64,000 nt of DNA from Octopus sinensis. Its lineage: Eukaryota. The notes under the pieces were generated by a model. That model ran no database searches. It saw only the letters and a list, made by a program, of their open reading frames with translations, and was not told the origin of the DNA. Both the position numbers and the translations under genes were made by a program. Shown piece after piece: positions 11,949 through 25,090 of the stretch (position 1 is the first letter of the stretch; every line of letters begins with the position of its first letter). The DNA is taken from contig NC_043022.1 in the NCBI RefSeq assembly GCF_006345805.1, forward strand, positions 3,968,001 to 4,032,000, in the 5' to 3' direction.

Positions 11949-12319
11949 TCTCTCTCTATATAAACGGCAGTTTGTCTGTGTGTGTGTCTGTGTGTCTGTT
12001 AGGTTGTACCCTCACTCTGACCACGGCTTTCAACCGATTCTGATGAACTTGACACACACATAGCCCAATGTCATAATTCAAAACTAACGCAGCGAAAATT
12101 TTGAAAAGTTCCCCCAGTTCTGAAAAAAATCGATAAATTCGACATGGGGTCGAGAATCAGAAACACAAACCACAGACTGTCTAGGGGACGCAACTCAACC
12201 TTTTTAACTAAAAAAAGAATTTACCATCATTTTTTTTCCATTTTTTGGCTATAACTAGCTAAAAATGCTTTATAGTTATTTCCCTTACAAACCCGAGCAA
12301 CGCCGGGCGATACTGCTAG
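11949..12319 (+). mobile_element. Non-autonomous Helitron
   Basis: 5' A|TC start, subterminal hairpin CCCGAGCAACGCCGGG, 3' CTAG|T. Confidence 0.75.
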
Positions 12320-12771
12320 TATATACATAAACATTATTCTTCCAGCCTCCTTCTCTATTGCCATTTTAACACCATTTTTGCTATGCTTGCAAAGATGGGT
12401 GGGTCTTTTTGACCCCTATTTTTCTCTAGTCCTTTCGTTTCCTTGTCAACAGCTCTGTGAAGTTCAACAATTAGAGATCTGTCTTCACCAGTTCAGATTA
12501 CATCTTTCCACATCTCCCTCTTCCATGGCCACTGCAAGTGATCACCACTCGTCCATATGCATCACATGCCTAAACAAACACTGTCTTCTCTCTTGCACAC
12601 TATGTCCAATTCCTCTCATGCCTAGTTTTTCTCAACTGGTATTTAATTTATCAACCCCAAAAGGATGAAAGGCAAAGTGACCTTAATGAATTTGAACTCA
12701 GAAAGTAAAGACAGACGAAAACCGCAAAGCATTTCACCTGGCGTGCTAACATTTCTGCCAACTCGCCGCCT

Positions 12772-12835
<64 letters not shown>

Positions 12836-12843
12836 ATGCATAT

Positions 12844-12899
<56 letters not shown>

Positions 12900-13023
12900 C
12901 ACACACACATATATATATATAAAGTTAATCCAAACATGAAAACACAAAGAGAAACACAACAAAACGAGGACGTGGAACAAATATAGTATTATTGGACGCT
13001 CAGGAAGGAAGGGAAGAAGGACG

Positions 13024-13058
13024 GTTTTACATTTCGAGCGGAGCTCTTCGTCAGAAAC
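13024..13058 (-). ncRNA. Minimal type I hammerhead motif (same family as 11600)
   Basis: GTTT-CTGACGA-A-GAGC-TCC-GCTC-GAAAT-GTA-AAAC. Confidence 0.6.
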
Positions 13059-13797
13059 ATAGGAAAATGAAAGATCCAGAGAAGGGAAGACGGAGGAAAT
13101 ATATATATATATGTTTATATGTGTGTGTGTATGTATATAAATGTGTGTGTGTGTGTGTGTATATGCATATATATAGGCTCCAGTGAATTTGAGAAATTCA
13201 CCACCACCACCACTGTCACCACCACCACCACCACCACAACCAACAACAACAACAACAACAACGATATCGTCGTTTTGCCATCTACCATAACTGCCAACAA
13301 CAACACCACTACAACCTCAACCACTACAAGTGACACCAACACTACCACCAAAAACAAATCCAATTTTGCACAAGCGTTAAAAATAAAAAAGACAATACTA
13401 AACTTCAAAAGTTGTGTTTGGATAATATTTTTTATGTAAAAGTTGTGCAACAACTAAAGCATTTGGTTGTGCAAATTCTTTGCACGGGAAACCTTCCCTG
13501 TGTGGCGTGTTTCCCGATTTTGTAGAATTTGCTTTCGGCTTTCTTAGCCATTTCTGTTTGGGCGACTTCAAAGCCATGAAGTTGTCGTTCTAAAAGAAGG
13601 CTGGTCTCCTTGACAACGCTTATGACGTTGGTTTCCCTACCCTGCCTTCCCCACAGCTTCATGAAGGAAGGAAGAGGGGGAGGAGCGACACAGGTGCAGG
13701 TGCGAGCATTGGACGCCAACTCCGCCACCGACAGAAAGAAAAATTGGAAGAACCCAGACGACAGCTTCACAGTCAAAGGACAACTCTGCCACAAACC

Positions 13798-14925
13798 CAC
13801 CACCACCATCACCACGATGACCAACACCACCACCACCACCATCACCACTACCACCATGAACACCACCACCACTACCACCATGACCACCACCACCACCATC
13901 ACCACTATCACCATCACCACTACCACCTCCACCACCACTACCACCATGACACCACCACCATCACCACTACCACCATGACCACACCACCACCATCACCACT
14001 ATCACCATCACCACTATCACCATCACCACTACCACCTCCACCACCACTACCACCATGACCACCATGACCACTACTACCATGACCACCACCACCATCACCA
14101 CTATCACCATCACCACTACCTCCACCACCACTACCACCATGACCACCACCACCATCACCACTACCACCATGACCACCACCACCATCACCACTATCACCAT
14201 CACCACTACCTCCACCACCACTACCACCATCACCACCACCATCACCACTACTACCATGACCACCACCACCATCACCAGTATCACCATGACCACCACCACC
14301 ATCACCACTACCACCATGACCACTACCACCATCACCACTATCACCATCACCACTACCTCCACCACCACTACCACCATGACCACCACCACCATCACCACTA
14401 CTACCATGACCACCACCACCATCACCACTATCACCATGACCACACCACCATCACCACTATCACCATCACCACTACCTCCCCACCACCACCACCACCATGA
14501 CCACCACCACCATCACCACTACCAATATGACCACCACCACCATCACCACTATCACCATCACCACTACCTCCCCACCACCACTACCACCATGACCACCACC
14601 ACTACCACCATGACCACCACCACCACCACCACTACCACCATGACCACCACCACCACCACTAACACCACCACCACCACCACCACCACCATGACCACCACCA
14701 CCACCACCACTAACACCACCACCACCACCATCATGACCACCACCACCACCACTACCACTACCACCATCACCACCACCACCACCACCATGACCACCACCAC
14801 CACTATCACCACCACCACTACCACCACCACCACTATCACCATGACCACGACAACGACCAACACCACCACCACTACCACTACCACCATGACCACCACCACC
14901 ACCACTACCACCATGACCACCACCA
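13798..14925. repeat. Complex (ACC/ATG/ACT/ATC)n trinucleotide array
   Basis: Recurring unit GACCACCACCACCATCACCACTACCACCAT. Confidence 0.95.
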
Positions 14926-15235
14926 TAAGACGCAAAGCAGTCGAACTCGTCTGATTATATTGATGTGCTGCACGTCTGTGACCAATAAACCATGATCCCA
15001 CTAAGATATCCCACAATGGAACCGAAAACTTCGTCGTCGCCGCAACCTCACGTCTCACGCCACAGTAAACACGCGGTCAGGTCCGGACAGGTCTTCTCAC
15101 CGAACAAAAGGCCTTCCCAACCGACAACAACTACGTCCGCCGCTACTGCTGTTGTTGTTGCTGCTGTTGCAGTATGTATGTTTGCATCTATGCATATATG
15201 TGTATGCATGTATATATGTGTATGCATGTGTATGC

Positions 15236-15271
<36 letters not shown>

Positions 15272-15683
15272 TTAATAAGGGTGAGAGAATTAGATACTAA
15301 TTTAATAGTATATCTATTCTACACCAAGTGGCCTAGTGCTCCGAGAAACCTGGATTATTATAATATTTTATAATATATTATAATATTTTTACAAAATAAA
15401 TATAAGAGAGTGGTCACTATATGGCTCACTCTAGCACCAGTTAATCCAAAAGGTTTCAACCACAAAAATATACATGTTTCCCATGAAAGTCGGTACGATT
15501 GTTAGCTCACACGGACAGGGCAAATAAAAAATAACAAAATACAGATTATTTTGGGACAATTGTTTCGCTATTAATGAATTAAATGTAATATTACTTTTCA
15601 TGGGAAACATGTATATTTTTGTGGTGAAACCTTTGGATTAACTGGTGCTAGAGTGAGCCATATAGTGACCACTCTCTTATATT

Positions 15684-15723
<40 letters not shown>

Positions 15724-15756
15724 CGCACGTACCTACATACGTACGTAGTACCTACG

Positions 15757-16255
15757 TATGTATGTATGTATGTATGTATGTATGTATGTATGTATGTATG
15801 TATGTATGTATGTGTGTATGTAGTATGTATGTATGTTTGTATGTGTGTATGTATGTATGTATGTGCGTGTGTATGTATGTATGTATGTATGTATGTATGT
15901 GTATGTATGGATGGATGTGTATGTATGTATGTATGTATGTGTGTGTGTGTATGTATGTATGTATGTATGTTTGTGTGTATGTATGTGTTTGTATGTATGT
16001 ATTGTGTGTATGTATGTATGTATGTATGTATATGTGTATGTATGTATGTATGTATGTTTATGTATGTATGGATGGATGGATGTGTATGTATGTATGTGTG
16101 TGTATGTATGTGTGTATGTATGTATGTATGTATGTATGTATGTGTGTATGTATGTATGTGTATGTATGTATGTATGTGTATGTATATATGTGCGTATGTA
16201 TATATGTATGTATGTATGTATGTATGTGTATGTATGTATGTGTGTATGTGTGTAC
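15757..16255. repeat. (TATG)n microsatellite
   Basis: Directly visible. Confidence 0.95.
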
Positions 16256-16529
16256 ACACGCACACATACAAAGATAAATTGATAGATACAACTGAGTGGG
16301 CAAACAAAAACATGAGACACAGCCTAGTGCTTTTTTATGTTGATAAGCCTAGTACTTATTCTATTAGTTTGTTCTTGTGAAACCAGTAAGTTATGTGGGT
16401 GTAAATAAATGAACAGCAGTTGTGAAGCAGTGATGAGGACGAAACACAGAGACAAAGACACACAATACACTTACATATATGCATACATATATTTACGATT
16501 GATTTGTTACAGTTCCTGTCAACGAAATC

Positions 16530-18800
16530 CATATATATTGTTGTTGGCATCCTTTTTGTCTCGGGAGACAATGGAGTTGCGCATAAAATAATCTAGTCCG
16601 GCTTTTACATTTCATGTCCTAATACATCTCCTGCTGTGGCTGTGTAGTCCTACCTGGACAAACACTCCCTCTAGCAGGTGCCGCAAATGTAGCGAAGACT
16701 TTGTCTGGCTGGTTGTAATGTCATAGTTTCTTGTTGACGTCTTTTCTTGTCTTTCCATTTCTCCTTTCTCACTATGTCACTCCTTTGTGTTCCCTCTTTT
16801 ACGGTACGTCGCCAATCTCCACGGTTGCTGGCAACTGCTTCCTAGTTGGTAATATTGATGTTGCAGGCATTCATGTCCCTTTTGCAAACATCCTTGTATT
16901 GTAAGAACGGTCTTCCCACAGACCTAGTGCCCCTAGCAAGCTCTCCGTTGAGTATGTCCTTGGGGATTCTGCCATCTTCCATACGGCTAACATGTCCAAG
17001 CCATCTTATACGTCTTTGTGTGAGGAGTGCAAACATGCTTGGTATTCCTGCTTGCTTGAGGACATCTTTGTTGGGGACATGATTCTGCCATTTGATGCGA
17101 AGGATTTCCGGAGGCAGCGCAGGTGAAAGATATTTAGGCGACGCTCTTGGCGTGTGTATGACGTCCAAGTCTCACTTCCATACAGTAGAGTGCTAAGTAC
17201 ACATGCCTGGTAAATCTTCATTTTTGTGGTCTTGGTTACCTTATTGTTGTCCCATGCGCGTTTGGTGAGTTGGGCCATCGCAGCAGCTGCTTTGCCAATG
17301 CGTATATTGAGCTCAGAATCAAGGGATAGGTTGTAGGTGACGGTAGAGCCAAAATAGGTAAACTTCTACACCTCCTGTACTCTGTGGTCTCCAATATGTA
17401 TGTTTGGGATGTCCGATGTAGCCTGACCCATGATGCTGGTCTTCTTGAGGCTGATAACTAAGCCAAAGTTGCCAAATACTTTCTCAAAACAGTTGATGAG
17501 CCTTCGTAGGGCTTCTTCTGTGTGATACAAGAGCGGCATCATCAGTAAATAGCATCTCCTTGATCAGGACGCTTCTGGTTTTGGTCTTGGCACACAGACG
17601 CGAGAGATTGAACAGTTTCTGCACAGTAGAAGTGATGGGAAACTGCGAGAAGATGCCAAATAATGTAGGAGCAAGGACACAACCTTGCTTTACTCCATTT
17701 TTTATTTGGAAGGCGCTGATGTTGAACCATTGTGCTGTATGTTGCCTTGCATATCATCATGGAAAGATTTGATGATCCTCAGCAGCTTTGGTGGACATCC
17801 GATTTTTTGGAGCAGGATGAAGAGGCCTTTTCTACTTACAAAAAGCATAATGATGTTAGCATCCCGCATATCCTGAGGGACTGTACCCTCTTCCCAGAAC
17901 TGACACAGAAGCTCATGAAGGTGCCGAAGCAGGATGGTGTTTTTGCCGGTTTTGATGATCTCTAAGGGGATGACGTCTTTTCCCGGAGCCTTGTTACTTG
18001 CTAGGGAGTCAATAGCATTGGTGAGCTCTGCTATAGATGGCAGACTGTCAAGTTCACACATGACTGGCAAGATCTTGACACCCTCGATTGCAGCCTCAGT
18101 AGAGATCCTGGTAGTACTCCATCCATGTATCCATTTGTTTGCTTTGGTCCTTGATGAGATCCCCAGTAGTTGATTTCAGAGGGGCTGAGTTGGTTGCGTA
18201 TGGACCGAGGGCCTTATTCAAACCGGCATACATCCCACGTGAATCGCCACTGTCAGCAGCTGACTGGATGCTCTGACAGATTTCCTGTCAATACCCATTT
18301 GCACAGCGTCTGGCAGTCAGTTGGGTTTTATTTCTTGCCTTTCTGAGTTCTTCGAGTGACTTTGTAGAAGAATCACTCTTGTATTGCATCAGAGCTGCAC
18401 GCTTTGCTTCGATAATTGTTTCCAGCTCTGAGAGCCCAGCACTGAACAAAATCTGGGTTTTACCTTCCTCTCATGCCGAAAGTATCTATTGATGTGGTAT
18501 ACAAAGCTTCCCTGATATAATTCCACCTACTTTCAGCAGATGAGGTTGGGCAGCTACTGAGGGCAACCTTGATAGAAACAGCAAAACATTGTCGCAGTGT
18601 AGGGTCCGAGGTTCTGGCAGTGTTAATGCGTGGTCGGCTCATTTTCTTGGAGTGATGGACTTTTTTAGGCAGAATCCTCGCCCTTCTTATTAGTGAATGA
18701 TCTGTGTCACAATCCGCGCTGCGGTAACTACGGGTCAGTTGAACAGAATTCAGAAAGGATCTTCGTGTAATGATGAGATCCAACTGATGCCAGTGGTGTA
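16530..18800 (-). mobile_element. Decayed RTE-clade LINE (second family), internally deleted
   Basis: HWHQLDLIITRR, ADCDTDHSLI, KAPGKD, VLSTLLYGSETW, RRIRWLGHVSRMEDGRIPKDIL, spread over frameshifted ORFs. Confidence 0.9.
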
Positions 18801-19024
18801 CAGTCGCCCCCAATGGCGCCCAGAGCGAGCTCTGGTCGCCATAGCGTCGACTGTAGGCCTGTAGCTGTGTACAGTCGCCCCAATGGCGACCAGAGCGAGC
18901 CCATGACACTCCTTGGACCCTAAGTAAGGCATGTGTAAAATTTGAACGAAATTGGTTGTGTAGTTCTCAAGTTTTAGGGAAACACACAGACAGACAGACA
19001 CACATTCCCAGTTTTATATATATA

Positions 19025-20207
19025 CTAGCATTAAAGACCCGTCGTTGCCGGATCATAGTGCTTGTGCATGTATATATGTGTATATATATGTGTACATATT
19101 ACATGTACATCTATATATATACATCTACACATAAAATACAAAATACAAAGTTATATCTTGATATCGCTAGTGATAACAATACTCAAAATATATAACAGAC
19201 TGGAATTGTTAGCCCGTCTCTTGTAATTTTGATCAATTGTATCTTGTCCTCCCTCTTGTATAGAAGTGTGGCTACAATCCAGCCTACCTCTACTTCTGGG
19301 GGAGGGGGAGGGGTATTTTAAATTTTTTTCCGGGACGTCCTACGTCCCAGATATAAAGGTAAAAATAAAATATTTCCACTTTGCAAATTCGACTCGAGTA
19401 CTCCCTTCCACGCTCCGTTGACTCGAACCTTGCTTCTATTGTGGCGAATTTACCACCTCTGATTAGATACCTTTCATAGTCGCACCAAGACACTTTTCGA
19501 AGGTGCTTTCCTCCATGTGTTCAAATCTTCTTTTTTTCTCTACATTGTATACTTTATACACAATAGTCTTTTCTTTAATTTAATTTTTTATTATCCATCT
19601 GGACTATTCCATTTCTGCAATCTAATTTTATTTTTAATTTATTCCCATTCATGTGAAACCACTTATTCAATTTCAAGTCATTGATGCAATTTTATACCAA
19701 TTGCTAATTTTACTTTTGTTATGTTACGATTATATTATACTTTAGTTTGATTTTAATTATTACTTACTACATATAATTCAATTGTTATTATTATTTTTAT
19801 TGTTAAAGTGAAAGTATCTGACATAAAATAGAGAAACGTTTTTGTTTCACTTTTAACACGTAATACTGAAATAGTGGAGAAGATATGATATTGCCATGGG
19901 CTCGCTCTAGGCAAGAAGTTGAACATTTTTTTTGCCCATGAAACTACATGGACCCTAAGTAAGGCATGTGTAAAATTTGAATGGAATTGGTTGAGTAGTT
20001 CTCAAGTTTTAGGGAATCGTAGTGGAGAAGATATGATATTGCTGTGGGCTCGCTCTAGGCAAGAAGATGAACATTTTTTTTGCCCATGACACTCCCCGGG
20101 CCCTAAGTAAGGCATGTGTAAAATTTGAATGAAATTGGTTGTGTAGTTCTCAAGTTTTAGGGAAACAGACAGACAGACAGACACATTCTCAGTTTTATAT
20201 ATAAAGA
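19025..20207 (-). mobile_element. Non-autonomous Helitron with an internal repeat of about 145 bp; a related 5' fragment abuts at 18800-19024
   Basis: A|TCT start at 20207. CCGGCAACGACGGG hairpin and CTAG|T end at 19025. Confidence 0.7.
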
Positions 20208-20282
20208 TATTCAAACACGTGCATACGTCACGAGTGGATGGCCATCAAGTACGTACGTGTATATATATATAATATAAAATAA

Positions 20283-20313
<31 letters not shown>

Positions 20314-22583
20314 ATACGTACATATATATTTTGGCAGTTGGCCCCTATATCTTGAGGCCTCAGACTTTAGTCTATCAAGCCTTACCCTCGTACACAACCA
20401 TAGCCTACATAGATTGACAATGGATTCCTTAGATCCGTGGAAACCCCGAGAAAGTACCCACTTTAGCCTGTATCTTAGAATGGCACCGACATCAGGGACC
20501 GTGGTTGTTGCTCTCGCATTTCAAAATGCAAACAAATCCAAGGCAGAAAAAATGGCGGACAAATTCATGTGAAGACAACTTATGCATTACTCTTTTACTT
20601 GTTTCAGTCATTTGACTGCGGCCATGCTGGAGCACCGCCTTTAGTCGAGCAACTCGACCCCGGGACTTATTCTTTGTAAGCCCAGTACTTATTCTATTGG
20701 TCTCTTTTTGCCGAACCGCTAAGTGACGGGGACGTAAACACACCAGCATCGGTTGTCAAGCAATGCTAGAGGGACAAACGCAGACACGCAAACACACACA
20801 TACATATATATATATACATATATACATATATACGACGGGCTTCTTTCAGTTTCCGTCTACCAAATCCACTCACAAGGCATTGGTCGGCCCGGGGCTATAG
20901 TAGAAGACACTTGCCCAAGATGCCACGCAGTGGGACTGAACCTTGAACCATGTGGTTGGTAAGCAAGCTACTTACCACACAGCCACTCCTGCGCCTTAAT
21001 TGTTTGATTTTCTTTTTTTGTTTCCTTTTATTTATTTATTTATTTATTATATTGAGAGACATTTTGTCAACAATATTGTTTTACATGAAGAAAAGCAAGG
21101 AAAAACATTAAAAGTTATTGAGTTCGAGAGAGAAAAAACCCATAACTACCTCACCAAAGAAAGAAAGAAAATGAAAAAAAAGAGGAGAGGGATTGAGCAG
21201 CAGAAGAGTGGGTGGAAATATTGGGGTGTACACTCCAAAGTAAACTGATTGAACCACTACATCCCTGCGATGAAAGGTCACAGATCCGGAACTACGGACA
21301 TGTGATATGAGTATCGCAGGAAAGGATTATAAGATGAATTCTTCAAGTTGAGCCAGCTAGCAGGAGACCAAGGGTAGATTGAGAACGAAATGGTCGACCA
21401 AGGGTAGACCAAGAACAAGATGGAAAAGGCATTGCCCCGGAGGATGACGAGTGAGATGCCCTGAAAGCCGCCATTTTGGCTCACAGGGTTTGCACTTGAA
21501 GCCAAAGAATTAGATGAATTCTGTTATTACTGACCTGACCACCTTCTCTGAACCGTCAAGCCAATCTTCTAACATTTTAATTAGTTTTTTTTTTTTCTTT
21601 TTTAGTCGGAGATTTTGAAATAAAATCCTAAGTTTACAAAATACAAAAATAGACTTCACTCTGCATTCACGGAAAACGAACAGTTCAAATAAAACACATC
21701 GTTGAATTTCTCTTGGCGTTTTGGCCCCACGAGATCATCACACGAGGGATGGATTCGAATGATCTAGAGAACTTAGAGAGGTCGGCATCACAAGAACATC
21801 AACGTACATATATGGGTTTTTTTTCTTTCTTTCTTTTTGTTTCCCTTTTCCGCCACAATGTATCGTCTGCTGCTTTTGTAAACTATTTTATATTTTCTAA
21901 TGGTTTGTAGGTACGTGGTATTTCGTTATGCAATCATAATATACTATGAAGCATATTAAACGTTTCTATTAGCCAATACTAAGTTATACTGTGTTAGCAG
22001 GGATCTTACATCACTTGTTAAGGTTATTTCTACAGATTCTTTATTGAAATTAGAGCCAGCACTGATTTTTGTTACTACGTCAGATGTAAGCAAACGATAA
22101 GATCGAAGTTGAAAAAATGAGTAATAGGCATCTATACCATATTTCGGGGCGTTTTGGCCCTTCATCTGTACCCATTAATTCATTAATCATCCCCGAACAC
22201 ATTGCTTAAAAAGCCACTAAATTTGAAACGGACGATCTCTTCGTACTGCCGTGTTGCTTTCAATAAACATATCCACTTCACCCATTCCCAACACGAGTAT
22301 TAAGTTCTCGTTTTGAGCTCTGGTCTTCCCGGTTCCATGCTGGGTTTATTTCATTTATAGATCGCTTTATAGCTAAGAAGTGAGATAAAGAGAGAAAAAA
22401 TCTGGCCCTCCGTCAGTTACGACGAGTGTTCCAGTTGATTCGATTAACGGAACGACTTGCTGCTGAAATAAATGTGCAAGTGGCTGAGCACTCCACGGAC
22501 ACGCGCATACTTGAAGTAGTTCTCAGGAGATTCAGTGTGACACAGAATGTGACAAGGCTGGTTCTTTGAAATACAGATACAAC

Positions 22584-22752
22584 CAGGGCCGGATCTTGGG
22601 TTGCTGGCGCCCCGGGCAAACTGAGCTTCAGCGCCTTTACAAGTATAATTTTTTTAAAAACTTTCACAAGGAGAAAAACTGAAAATGTAGGCTAAAAAGA
22701 GGATGGCGGCCCGGGCGACGGCTCTAGTTGCCGGTACCTTGAGCCGGCCCTG
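22584..22752. mobile_element. hAT-type MITE inserted in a SINE
   Basis: TIRs CAGGGCCGG / CCGGCCCTG. 8-bp TSD GATACAAC / GGTACAAC. Confidence 0.8.
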
Positions 22753-23567
22753 GGTACAACCTGCTTTTTCCAGCTGAATGGACTGGATCAACGTGAAATA
22801 CAGTGTCTTGTTTAAGGACACAACACTCCGCCGGGAATCGAACTCATGGCCTTACGAAAGTGAGTCGAATACACTAACCACTAAGCCACGCGACTTGACA
22901 ATAAGTAAGATAGTAATGGAAACAACAGCATCCTACCATGACCGAGCCATCGAGAGTAACACCGAATATAAAGAAGGATTGGTCCTAAGAATGTCAGCTA
23001 ACTCAGGGACCAACGAATAATTCGGGAGAGGGGACAGTATCACGGAAACTATTTGGTCGGCAATTTCCGTAATTTTTTCTTATTTTTCTTTTATTCTTTT
23101 ATTTTTTTATTTGTTTCAGTCTTTTGACTGCGGCCATGCTGGAGCACCGCCTTTAGTCCAACAATTCGACTCCAGGACTTATTCTCTGTAAGCCTGGTAT
23201 TTATTCCATCGGTTTTTACCGAAATGCTATGTTACGGTGACGTAAACACACCTACATCGGTTGTCAAGGGATGGTGGGGGGACAAACACAGACTCACTAA
23301 TACACACACACAAACACATACGACGGGCTTCTTTCGGTCTCCGTCTACAATATCCACTCACAAGTCTTTGATCGACCTGAGGCTATAGCAGAAAATATTT
23401 GCCCAAGGTGTCACGCAGTGGGATTGAACCCGTAACCATGTGGTTTGGAAGCAAGCTTCCTACCACACGGTCATGCCTGTGCCTTTGTTCAATTTTTTTT
23501 TTGAAACTGAATCGTCCTTTAATTTCCTTTTCAACCTGAACCACTTTTGTTTAGGTATTTTTTATTG

Positions 23568-24140
23568 TATGCATGCATGTACGTACGTATGTATGTGTGT
23601 GCATGTATGTATGCATGTGTGTATGTATGTATGTATGTATGTACGTACGTATGTATGTATGAATGCTTGTATGTATGTATGTATGCATGCATGTATGTAT
23701 GTATGCATGCATGTATGTATGTATGCATGCATGTATGTATGTATGTATGTATGTATGTATGTACGTACGTATGTATGTATGAATGCTTGTATGTATGTAT
23801 GTATGTATGTATGCATGCATGTATGTATGTATGAATGCTTGTATGTATGTATGTATGTATGTATGCATGCATGTACGTACGTATGTATGCATGTGTGTAT
23901 GTATGTATGTATGCATGTATGTATGTATGTACGTATGTATGTATGTATGTATGCATGCATGTACGTACGTATGTATGCATGTGTGTATGCATGCATGTAT
24001 GTATGTATGTATGTATGTATGTATGTATGTATGTATGTATGTATGTATGTATGCATGTACGTACGTACGTATGTATGTATGTATGCATGCATGTATGTAC
24101 GTATGTGTTTATGTGCATGTATGTATATTTGTGTATGTAT
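23568..24140. repeat. (TATG/CATG/TACG)n microsatellite
   Basis: Directly visible, with a longer-period sub-repeat. Confidence 0.95.
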
Positions 24141-24651
24141 ACGTACTTATATACACAAACATAACTACATAAACACACAGATACGTACACAAAACATAAG
24201 CGATTCAGCTGAACAAAAATTAAAGAAATAAAAATTCTAATCGTAAATCTTTCGAATACTTTCAGTTTTGATTTCGTCTGCGATTTAATATTGGAAAGAT
24301 TAAAACCCTTCACTAACACAATACACAACTAAATGCACAGGGCAGAGAGAAATAGCTATCATAGAGTGATAACTGCTAATTAATATTTGTAGTAATGAAA
24401 CATCGTTTTAAGTGGATATCGAAAGATGAAAGTATAGCTATTGTTAAGTCTGGGGTTATCCATCTTTTATACACATAAAGAAATAAAAGGGTCCTGCTCA
24501 AATCCTTTACTATATTGGCAAATCTGTGTGGGTAGAAGAGTAACGTCCCTTGTGCAACAGAGTTGTGTCGCTTACACGCCTCGCACCTGAAGCACCGACC
24601 TTCATTAAACCTAGTCTTTCCAGTATAATTGCAGTTTGGTCTGGTTTGGAT

Positions 24652-25090
24652 TAATAATAATAATAATAATGAAATTATTGTATACAGTGCTCAGGTGCAC
24701 CACAACTTGTCAGAAAGTGCATATAAAGTACATGCAGTAATGTACAAATGTCTGGGAAGTGAACAGTGTATGAGTCAGATACATGCTTGTGTGTGTATGG
24801 AGGGGAGAAAATCAAGTGTAGTGTTGGCGAATCTCAGGAAGCATGGAAGTTTTGAAGGATGCAGTGCTCCGACAACTAACAACCGATGCCGGCAGTTTGT
24901 TCCATGCTTCAGCAACTCTCAGCATGAAAAAATGTTTCCTGAAGTCATGGGAGCTGTGCTGTTTTCTTACTTTGTAAATATGTCCACGGGTGTTAGATGG
25001 GTGGAGTTTGAAGAGGTGCTCAGAGTTATTGTTTGTACGATGGTTGATAATTTTATGGGTGTCTGCCAAGTCAGCTGCCAGACGTCGGAG
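24652..25090 (-). mobile_element. 5'-truncated CR1 copy
   Basis: Highly similar to 58405-58830, including NTRGHIYKVRKQHSSHDFRK and the (ATT)n tail. Confidence 0.9.

Noticed and set aside
15648-16380. MYVC/HTYI-repeat ORFs (also 23440-24328 and 54415-55126)
   Set aside because: Microsatellite translations.
21278-21505. 75-aa ORF as a gene exon
   Set aside because: No recognisable homology, a non-ATG start and no linked exons.
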